Source: Girardia tigrina
Lineage: Eukaryota
Assembly: GCA_001938485.1 (NCBI GenBank)
Contig: MQRK01220805.1
Location: 12,757-76,756, forward strand
Length of the DNA: 64,000 bases
Direction: 5' to 3'
Below the pieces are notes generated by a model. The model did no database searches and was not told the DNA's origin. It saw only the letters and a list, made by a program, of their open reading frames with translations. This document shows positions 26,274 to 37,145 of this stretch, one piece after another. The number at the start of each line of letters is the position of its first letter. Position 1 is the stretch's first letter. Made by a program: the position numbers and the translations under genes.

Positions 26274-27574
26274 TTGGGTTGAGGAATAAGTTCCTGCCGT
26301 TTTTTGAAAAATTAAAATTTTATTTTTTAACAAAAAAGTTACTACAAATTAATCACAAATATAATCTCCACCATTGTTTACGACTTCTTCCCAACGTTCA
26401 ACGAGTTTTTCAATGCCTCTTTGGTAGAAATCGCCCGGTCTTGACTCGAAGAATTCAGCCAACCAAACTTGCAGTTCTCCATCATTGTTGAACGAAACAC
26501 CACGCAAAGCGTTAGAAAGCGAACGGAAAAGATGAAAATCAGATGGAGCCAAGTCAGGTGAATACGGAGGGTGCGGTAACACTTCCCAACCAAGTGTTTG
26601 AATGGGTTCTTTTGTCATTCTGGCAATATGAGGACGTGCATTGTCGTGTTGCAAAATAACACCATGTTGTCGATTCGGATGTTTTTGTCTTATAGCGGCG
26701 TTGAGTCTATGCAGCTGTTGAACATAAAGTTTTGCATTCACTGTTTGGTTTCGAGGAAGCAATTCATAATGAATAATCCCTTCCCAACCCCACCAAACGC
26801 ATAGCATTGTCTTTCGTGGATCCTGTTTTGCTCGTGGTGTCGATTGTTCTTCTCGGCTACGCCATTCTTTGCGCTGTTTCATGTTGACGTACAGGCACCA
26901 TTTTTCATCACCCGTTACAATTCGATAAAGAAATTGTTGCTTATGACCGTGAGTAGAGCGATGACGGGCAATCAAACTCGCCGAAATTGTGAATCACTGG
27001 TTTTTGTTGTTTTCTGTCAAAAGATGTGAGACCCAAGCTCCCATTTTTTGAACTTTTCCCATTGATTTCAGGTGGTTCACGACAGTTTTTTGATCACAAT
27101 CCATTTTTTCCACCAATTCTCGAGTGGTTTGATGCGCGTCTTCATGCAAAAGTTTGTTCAAACGCTCTTCATCGAATTCATTTGGTTGTCCTGAACGAGG
27201 AGCATCCTTGAGGTCAAAATTGTCAATTTTAAATTTTGCGAACCAATAACGAGCGGTTCTATCAGCTATAGCACCTTCTCCGTATACAGCTCAAAGCTCT
27301 CCGGCAGCGTCTGTGGCTTTGGCGCCCCGATTATACGCAAACAATAGATGGTGTCGGAAATGCTTATTTTTGTCGACTTGACACTCCATTTCAATGGTCT
27401 AAAAATCGACAAAAATTAATCTGAATAAAAAAACAAAATACACCATTTTTTAGAGCAAAACAATAGCTTTCAAATAACATATAACATTACATCAAAAAAA
27501 TTGATTTAAATATTAAATTGATTAAAAATTGATTAAAAATTCAAAAAACGACGGGAACTTATTCCTCAACCTAA
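26274..27574 (-). mobile_element. Near full-length mariner (1.3 kb) with disrupted transposase
   Basis: TIRs TTGGGTTGAGGAATAAGTTCC / GGAACTTATTCCTCAACCTAA with TA; ATG at 27389 (MECQVDKNKHFRH); TGDEKW, HDNARPH, YSPDLAPSD (DD34D); stop and frameshifts in the 5' half. Confidence 0.95.
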
Positions 27575-27739
27575 TATTTAAAAATATTTTTTTATTTTTT
27601 TTAAAAAAACTTTAAATAAATTCTTTTTTTACTTTTAAAGATTTTTTTCGAAATTAAAATTAGGAAATTTATTAAAATATATAAGTTTTAATTATTATTG
27701 AAAACTAAATTAATTTCTTTAAAAATTTCATTTTGACGA

Positions 27740-29410
27740 ACTGAATTTTGAATTGTTTAGCGTATAAATGTTATGTTGATAACATTTTTCTTATTTTCGA
27801 TTATCAAATTGATATAGATTCATTTTTAGGATACTTAAATTCTCTGCATCCGAATATTAAATTTACAACAGAAACAGATAATAATGGTAAATTATCTTTC
27901 CTAGATTTCCTAATTGAAAGGAAAAGAGATTTTTTGAGACCGAGATTCACAGAAAGAAAACTGATACTGGGCTATATACAAAGTCAAACAGTTTTTGTGA
28001 ATCTTGATACAAATATAATATGATAAGAGGGTTAATTTTTTGATCTTGGTGATTATCATTAACTTTAAAAAAAGTTGTGATAGTACTAACAAATTAACAA
28101 AATTTTTGAATAAAAAGGGTTATTCAAAATCAATTATAAAGAAATTGACGAAAGAAACAAATGATAAATTAATTAATAAACCGATTAACATGATAAAGAA
28201 GAACCACCAACTTTAAAATACGTTTTAAGCATTCAATATTCTAAAATATTGGGTCAATATAAATGTTCAATTTTAAAATGTGTAAATTATGTCTTTAATT
28301 TTAAATAAAATATATCGCAAAAATATAAAGTCCAAAATGTATAGGATGTTTCAAAAGTAAATTGAGGAAATTATTTTGTATGTATATCTGATAAAATAAA
28401 AGAAAATGCAAAGTTAATGGTAGAGCTGTATCTGCAAACATACAGAGAGTATTCTGAATGGATCACTTTTGCAGTTTTTCCCTGCAAGGCGGTTCACTGT
28501 TCAAACCGCTAATACGCTGCATGACATGCTCTTTTGACCATGTCCTGTGGTATTTCTTTAATGCTGAACTCGATCTCGTCTCGGAGCTCAGCAGTAGTAG
28601 CAGGCCTTGTGCGGTACACATGCTCCTTCAAGTGGCCCCAGAGAAAGTAATCACACACAGTTAAGTTAGGCGAACGAGGAGATCTTCAACGCTTCCAGTC
28701 TGCTGAAATCGCTCAAACACTGCCTTGATCGTCGTAAACTTAGGACGTGAGGTAGCAAAATGAAAATGCCCCTGTCTTCGTACCTCTTAATAATTCTGGG
28801 ATTGTACGTAGAGGAGTACCATTTTAATTCTCTCCTTAAGAGGTTGTCGTGTCGAGATTTCATTCATCTGTAAATAAATGATAAAAGTCAGTTTTAAAAC
28901 GTAAATATGAATTTCCGCGAAAAAATGCCTTTCTCGAGATACATTTAAAATAAACATCCTCCCATTACTTTTTGAACACCCTTTATTTTGTAATAAATCT
29001 CCAACCCCGTTTGGATTATGTTCGGATCTTGTATATAAATTTACATGTAATAGTATAATGCCACATACATTGGAGAGACGTCCTGTCATTTCTGTAAGAG
29101 AATCCAAGAACAAAGTCGGAATGTAGGTGGGAGTAATATTACAGAACACAAAAGGTTGTAATTCAAACGAAAATATAAGTATAAATGATTTTAAGATTCT
29201 GTGTACTCGTTTTAAAAACTATTGGGAGAGGTTGACTTGTGAAGCACTATATATCAGATCTTTAGATACTAAGATTAATGTGCAAAGGGTGCGTAAATGA
29301 CATAACAATCCATTTTTGACATAATCACTACTTGCCTATATAAGTAGATTTAAAACACATTTTTTTCTTGAGACCTGACGATGACGGTTATACCATCAAA
29401 ATTAATATTT
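27740..29410 (+). mobile_element. Penelope-like element remnant (RT thumb, GIY-YIG, decayed hammerhead) interrupted by a DNA transposon
   Basis: YVDNIF...LNSLHPNIKFTTE..KLSFLD; GIY-YIG near 29000-29280; GAC CTGACGA TGACGG TTATA CCATC AAAA at 29372. Confidence 0.85.
28342..28983 (-). mobile_element. Internally deleted Tc1/mariner (rosa/Tc3-like) nested in the PLE
   Basis: Imperfect TIRs (TAGGATGTTTCAAAAGTAA / TTACTTTTTGAACACCCTT) flanked by TA; minus strand PRSPNLTVCDYFLWGHLKEHVY. Confidence 0.8.
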
Positions 29411-29999
29411 ATATTTATTTGACATTATATTTATTTATAAAGGTTTCCGAATAAAAAATAATGTTCATCAAAAATTCTTTTAAAAAACAGAAATAGGCAT
29501 TGAAATAAAATTTTGATATAATGTCTATGCTTCAATTCGATTCAAATACGGGTTCGTAAAATATGTCCGAAGCGAACACTAATAATAATATTAAAGCATT
29601 AAAATATAGGTTGTTAATCATTTATAATGTCAAAAGATTGCAAATATGGATATTTTAAATTAAAGTTTTATATTTGTTAAAAAACACGTCTAAAGTGCGT
29701 AGGAGTCTCTAAAAGACATGGAGTTTTTGGAAATTACTTTTCAAAAAAACAGTAAAAGTTAATTGGCTCCAACCCAGTTAACTATATTCATTTTGGATAA
29801 ATGGAATACCGACATAAAATAGTAATATATGTTATTAGCTTACTTAAGGGCTCTTTATTTAAATTTAATTTTTTTAGCTGTTGAAAATAAATTGAATAGT
29901 GTATTTCAAAGTTTTGTCATATAATTCTGTTAAAATATCCACAAGTTATTTGATTTTTTAAAAGATGTTTTCACTTCATTTTCGTATTAGTATTTTATG

Positions 30000-30200
30000 G
30001 TTACCATGGCTACCGTTGTAATCACCTTATCGTCGGTTCTGATTGGTTTCCGTTACCATAGCAACGGTTCCGATTTTCTTATCGGCGCTTCTAATTGGTT
30101 CTGATTACCGTAGCAAAGCTTCTGATTGGTTCCCGCTACCATAGCAACGGTTCCGCTTTCCATAGTAATGGTTCAGATTTTCATATCAATGGTTCCAGTA
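30000..30200. promoter_or_regulatory. Tandem array of RFX X-box-like and CCAAT motifs (probable LTR-derived enhancer)
   Basis: GTTACCATGGCTAC at 30000, GTTACCATAGCAAC at 30052, GCTACCATAGCAAC at 30135; ATTGG at 30042, 30094 and 30125. Confidence 0.55.
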
Positions 30201-30539
30201 ATGCACGTCTTATAGTATCATTACCTTTAGTCGTATAATGATATTTATTAATATACATAATAAGAATATAGTTACATATGATCATAATACATAACTTATA
30301 ATAATAAACATGACAGAAAACATCACAGTCATATAAAAGGTTGAAATATTACGCAGTGTTGTTTTCGATTACGCAAATGATTATTATACATGGTTTATAA
30401 TGTGATACATATATTTCTATAGTATAAATATGTTGACCATAATCACATGTGACTGTAATATATTGTATACTGACATTGGTGATTTTGTAAAGCAAACTTG
30501 ATGGATCAATAGGTTGTTTGGGGCCCATAATACGACATT

Positions 30540-31010
30540 TTCCAATGTCAGAAGAAACGGGAAGGGACATGTTTCGGATGTGATCAAAAGGGTCACATCA
30601 GACTAGAATGTCCAGTAAAATGTCAAAGATGTCAAGGACCGGGTCACAGAGCAGAGAAATGCTATAAGAAGTTGAGAGAAAATTCCTCAAGTATAACAAC
30701 CATGGAAGACAATCGAATGGAAAAACGTATGAACAAAAGTAATTTCAACGGAACGACAGAATGACGAGTGGACCAAGAACAGACGCAAGAGAAAATCAAT
30801 ATTCAGATGACTACAGATGAGGCATAGAGAGGACGCCTTCTGGCTGAGCTAGAAATGGAGAAAACAGAACACCAGGGAAAAAAGGAAGAGCCAAGTCGAC
30901 GAGGAACCGATTTTGGCGATGCAGTAAGTTTTGTAAATCTTAAACAGGATTGTAAAAGTAGTATATATGATTATGGTTCGGAATTAAAAATGCTATGAAA
31001 ATTTTTGAAA
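30540..31010 (+). mobile_element. Gypsy-type gag remnant
   Basis: Twin CCHC knuckles CFGCDQKGHIRLEC and CQRCQGPGHRAEKC (about 30569-30662). Confidence 0.75.
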
Positions 31011-31438
31011 GAAGGTTATATTAAAGATGCACAAATTAAAAATTTTATATAATTAAATATGTAACGTTTGAAAAAGTAAAATTACTAAAATTAAGAAGGT
31101 CAATTAAATTGCTAATAATAAAAAAATTTTGAGAGTTTTTAATATAATATAAAAAGTAAAATGTACAATGAAAGTACAATCTAAAATTACAGATTTTATA
31201 AAAAGTAAAACCTTGACTAAGATTATGTATCAAATTCCCATTGTCATAGTCTAAAGGCTCCTGAGAAATATTTTTTTTTAAATGTCCGTTTTTTTAAAAT
31301 TTGGATAACTCGATAAATTATATAAGTCCCTTCCAAAGCAAGTTAACGAGGTTTCACTATATATAAATATGATATTATATATGTAAATATATTAATTATA
31401 AATAAATGACTTTTACAATAATTAACAATAACAAAACA

Positions 31439-33203
31439 CAATCCTTTGCAGATAAGTACGTTGGATCTGAAGTTAACAACAAAAATCTTACATAAAATAC
31501 CCAATATAAAAATTAAACACAATGGAATATAACAACACGAATTTTAGGCATAGCTATCCGCTTTTATGAATCTTTTAAAATACTTAGGTTGTCCCAAAAG
31601 TCCTCAGGTAACCTTTAAAAACACACTAATATTTTACCAAATTTAACCAAATTCGGAATGAATATTATTCAGACTGTCATAAATACTGTGTTAAAATTTC
31701 AAAGCATAAAATTTGAAACTTACCAAAAAAATAATATTATTAACCAACAAAAAAAATTAAATGCAGCGAATTTAAAAATTTATTTAAAAAAATATTTTAC
31801 AAATTTCTTAAGCAACAACATATTCACCATTGTTGTCGATAACCAAATGTCAATAGTTAAAAAGTTTCTCTAGTTGATTTTTTAATGTTTCTGTTGATAA
31901 AGAATTAAAAAAGAATTTACAAGCTTCTTCAATTTCTTCATGTGATTTGAAAACATGATTTGTAAAACTTTTCTTCCTTTTTGAAAACAAGAATCTGTCA
32001 CACAGATTAAAATCTGGACTATAGGGCGATTGATAATTTTTTCAATTTTTCTTCTTTCAAAAAAAAGAGTTGTTTCTTTGCTAGAATGAGGTCTTGCATT
32101 ATCAAGGCACCACTTAAGTTCCTTTAGCTTGATGCTGTTAGATCTAAGTTTCCACCATTTTCACCGGTGTCATGAACAAAGTTAACATACGCATCGGAAT
32201 CAATCTTGGTACCATATGGCAGTGCTTTTACATTAAAACGTTTGTTGCAAGTAAAGGTTACGAAAACAAGAAATTTTTTATCAGTCATTGGCGATACTTT
32301 ATCACTTTTGGTGGAACAGCATTAGAAGGAATCCAAACTTTGTGATCTACTTTCTTTCCTCTACCTTAGAAAAAAACCCATGTCTCATCCTCGATCGCGA
32401 TGTTGGAATATGCTTCATCACCCATCTTTGAAATTACATGGCGTATATGCTTTGCAGTGTTAATGCGTTGTTGTTTAGTAGCAACAGAAAGATCGTGAGG
32501 GACCCAAACAGAGCAAACTTTTTTGTAATGAAGTTTTTCACGCAAAATTTTGTGGACTGTATTTTTGCCTAAATAAAGTTCATTTTCAATATAACGCAAA
32601 GACGCATTTGGAGCTTCATCAATCACTTCTTTGACTGCTTTAATCTTTTCATCGTCTATTATGACGGCCTGCTACTTCTTGATGAATCGTCGAAGGATGT
32701 CCGCTTTTCTTTTTTAAAATCAGTCAACCACTGTTGAATAGTTTTCAGTGCTGGGTGATTTGCGTCTTCCCATGCCTGCTGAAGTTGCTGAAGAATTTCT
32801 GAAGCAGAGAATCCTCTTTTACTTTGAGTTAGAAAAAAAACGTTGACAACATTTATTTGGTTCCATTGTTAAAAACCGCTTGATTTGAATTCGCTGCACT
32901 TTTAAAATTTCAATAAAACAAAATTTTACTTTTTTTGTAATTTTATGCTTTGAAATTTTAACACTTCATAAATTTATGGCAGTCTGAATAATATTCAGTC
33001 CAAATTTGGTAAAATAATAGTGTGTTTTTAAAGGCCACCTGAGGACTTTAGGGACAGCCTAAGTATTTTAAACAGATTCATAAACGCGGATCTGTTATTT
33101 TATTTCACCTAGCTATGCTTAAAATTCGTGTTGTTATATTCCATTATATTTAATTTTTATATTGGCTATTTTATATGAGATTTTTGTTGTTAACTTCAGA
33201 TTC
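31439..33203 (-). mobile_element. Divergent DD34D-like mariner with about 300-bp inverted repeats
   Basis: About 31463-31770 is inverted to about 32890-33203; transposase remnant with VWVPHDL, IEDETW, LDNARPH and PYSPDFNLCD. Confidence 0.85.
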
Positions 33204-34744
33204 ATAATCATGGAACATCCGAACATGGTCGGTCGTTTTTTACTGGGGTTCCGAAGAGACATCGTAAGTTAATTTAATTTAATCGCACCGCTTAGGTGAG
33301 GCTTATCGGTGGCTGCTGGTACTTTTTAGTTGGGGTGGACCCTCTAAAGAGCCTACGACTCAATACCATTGAAAGAGATAGGAGGCCCACAGTGTGTGAC
33401 AGTTAATACCGTTCAATTTAATACTAAAATTTTGAAAATTAAAATAAATATTAAATTAAAATATTTTTATTTTAACTTTTTATTATTAATGGAAATTAAT
33501 ATTGAATCAAAAAAATCAATTTACGTTTTTTTAACTTTAGTATACCAAAAAATACCAAAACATTTAATTCCGCAGAAAAACACCGAAACAATTAAATTTA
33601 TAAAAGTTTTAAATGATTAATTTTTTATTAAATTTGAAAAATTATAAATTAAATTTTTTCATTATTTTATTTTAAAAAATTGAAATATTTATTAGTTAAA
33701 AAATAATGATTAGTAATAAGAAATTTGAAAATCTTTTATCAGAAATCACCATATAAGATAATAATATTAATTTAAATTTCATGTAAATTAATTTAATAAA
33801 TTAATGGTTTTAGTTTTTTTAAAGTTTCTCTTATAACTATGACTAAAATAATAAATAATTACTAAATCCTGTATCCAACCACTAAAATTTAAACATCTTA
33901 TTATTATTCTTCAATGAACCCTAGAAACCAGTATTTTTGCAGAGTTTCTTGTTTTACCTGACAATTTTTTTTATTTTTTTTTGAAACAATGAATGTATGA
34001 ATATTATTCATAATTTATGCAAGGTATTCGAAGGGGGCACGTACATACTAATCGAAAACACGACAAGACATAAATAATTAAAAATTAAAATGACAGCAAT
34101 GATTTAAAATTCTGCAAATGAACGGTAACTAAAAATGTAAAAAGTGCCTTGTAATGTAGCCCGTAGCCCGTAAGTTGACACCCGGCCCTTAGGGGCTCCA
34201 CCCCAGACTATCAGCGTTGCCTTCCACATCCGTGACCGTGAAACACTTATTTTCAACTTTAAATAAATAGGGGATTCTATTGAGCAGGATTTGTTAGATG
34301 CAAATAGAGGACCATTTTGTAATGATTTTCTTACAATAAATAATAAATATTAGGATGATTAGATTACATTAAATTTTGTTATTTTTTCAGTGCATATAAA
34401 AACATAATGTATTACTAAAAATAAATTATATATTTTTGTACCTCGAAAGTTAATTATTTGGTCTTTTTACGCTTCCGTTTAATTAAAAAAATATCCTGAT
34501 GTAAACATGTAAATAGACCTAAAAAGGAGTCGGATAATTTAGTCCGACTCCGCAGTCCTGTTATAAACAACGACATAACACTTTGAGCTGTTCAAAAAGT
34601 TTAATTTCACAAAAATAAAGTTAATGACAAAATTGTATTCAAAATGGTTAGACGGTTGCATTTATTGACATTAATGATTCAATTTACGAACTGTTACTTT
34701 TCAATGTAAAATAATATTTTACGCTATTAAATTTTAGTTTTAAA

Positions 34745-35285
34745 TGTTTGTTACATGTATAGGAGACCACAAATATAATTCACGGGATTATTAGATGTAT
34801 TGCTTTTGCACTTGACAAAATACTAATTCAAAAATTAGTCGATTATGTATTAGTGCAATTAAGTATATTTACATATATATTTAATTTACCGACAAAAATG
34901 AACCATAATAAATGTTGAAAATAATAACTTAAACTATCATGAAAATATAGTTGATCAATGGAGCTTATTTTAACAATTTTTAAATTTTGTCAATTCGTGA
35001 TTAAATAATTATAATCTTGAAATATGAATAATTGATATGGATAGGCAATACAATATGAATGATTTTGTAATAGAAATCATTATCGATTAAGTTACGATTA
35101 TAAAAGTAATTTTTCTATAGTCATTTCATTGAAATTGAGCTTAATATATAAAAACTTTAAATCGGCTTGATTGTTACATGCATTGGAGACCGCAAATATC
35201 ATTCACGGCACTATTAGATGCATTGCTTTTGCACGTGACACAAGATAAATTAAAAAATATATATCAAGTATGTCACAGTGCAACA
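34745..35285. repeat. Diverged ~115-bp direct repeat (about 34745-34860 and 35170-35285)
   Basis: Both copies read TTGTTACATG.AT.GGAGACC.CAAATAT.ATTCACGG..TATTAGATG.ATTGCTTTTGCAC.TGACA. Confidence 0.75.
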
Positions 35286-35957
35286 AAGAAAAAGACATCG
35301 GTTTACACATGACAGAATTTAGATTTAATGTTTACAAGTAAAACCATTTATTTAAACAAAAATTGAACCCTTTTATTTTCTAAATTATATTAATTTAAAA
35401 AAATGGATTTTTTAAGTGGTTTGTTAGAAAAAAATATTAAAATAGTAAATCAAAAATGTTTTAAATTGCTGGAAATCAATATTTTTAATAATATTAATTA
35501 AAATTTTCAAACAAACACTAAAAATTTTTATTTATCAAAATATTTTAGGTACAAGAAATTATTTTAAATGCAACACTGTATACACCCAATCTGAACTTTT
35601 GTCATGGAAATTTCCTGAATAAAAAATTCTAACTTCATACAATGAAATTTATCTATTACTTAATTTTAGAAAGTCTCGATAATTTTGGCTACTGATATTT
35701 TAAAATTTCAATTTACCGATACGTGGCAGTCATACCGCCATTACTACTTATATCAACACGAAAATCTTTTACTTTTATCACATTAGGTTGCTTGATTTAA
35801 CCTCATCAAACTTTCTTGAACGACATTTTAGTGTTTTTATAAAGTGTTTCGTTGTTCCTGTCTGGGTAGTATTAGTGACTTTCAGAGTGGATGAATTTGA
35901 TACAGCTTAAAGGGCATTTAGAGTGATGATGTTTTTCAACGAATTCCTGATTATAAT

Positions 35958-36451
35958 TAGACGTGGGCATGTTTTAAAATTTTCTAAACATTTAAACGGT
36001 CTTCGTTTAGCAAATTAAACTTTAAATTTTAATTATAAGCTTCATCAAAAACCAATACCTTCTCTTCAATACAATACATTTTGTTTTTAAAACTTTTACT
36101 CGAAAAAAATTAGAAAACGAACAAATATAATTTAAATAAGTTTACGTCTAACAAAAAAATTTACTGGAAATTTTGATGCAATTCTCAAATATGATATTAA
36201 TACCACTTTTCATATTTTGTATTTATAGTCCCACGAAAAAGCTCAATAGATTGGGACAATGTGTTCTTTACAAGCGTGATAATGTTCTTTAGGTAGCGTG
36301 ATAAAAGTTTCAAAAAAGTATAACCCATATCGTGAGTTTGAAATACTAACTTAAGAACTATACGCTCGTTTATAAATCGCTAAACGTTTAAACGTCTTAA
36401 AAATCGTAAACGTTTAAACGGTCGTTTAAACGCGAAACGTGCCCACCTCTA
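35958..36451. mobile_element. hAT-like MITE
   Basis: TIRs TAGACGTGGGCATGTTT / AAACGTGCCCACCTCTA; subterminal AAACGTTTAAACG repeats; TSD not conserved. Confidence 0.7.
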
Positions 36452-37145
36452 TTCATACATGCGTAGCCCATTGTGCTTGATTTCAACCTTCAGTTTTAGA
36501 CACTCTTTTAGCTTTATAACACTCTCAAGATAAATATTTATTTATAACGTTTCCAGGATGATTTATTTACTGTACAATAATCTCCCGTAAGATCTGAGGA
36601 TAACAATGGCTGATTCAGACTGAATACTTGATTAATATATACTTGTCGTAGGGTTGAATAAACTTGAACGTGAATTCGTAATCGTTTACTAAAAATTCGT
36701 CTAACAGATTATTTATTTTTATTTGAACATGTTTCAAGGATTAAATGATCGAATCGTCTGGGAAATGCTACACGAACTAGATAATAAAAGATGCCGCACA
36801 AGACACATCTCTCCTGGTCAAATGACCCCTGAAAATATTTCTAGGATTACGCAGTCATTCTTCAAATGCAATAGAGAAGTGCACATAAATCATATTCATT
36901 TATTTATAAGACAACAAATGCTAATCATTTTCCAATTTGAATATTAAAATTAGATATCAGAAATAATATTGCAGAAAAAATTGAAAAATGAAAACTTAAA
37001 TAAAATGCCAATCACCAAGATCGAATGTTAATCACTTGTATATAGGAAAGATAAATAAATGCAAATTTTCTGTCGAATAATCAACTGTTGAAGAATACAA
37101 ATGTTTCATTTCCTGTCACCGAGTGTCGTCGAGCAAATGCGAGCA

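Noticed and set aside
30000-30200. CRISPR-like repeat array
   Set aside because: Degenerate repeats without unique spacers, no cas genes, eukaryotic context.
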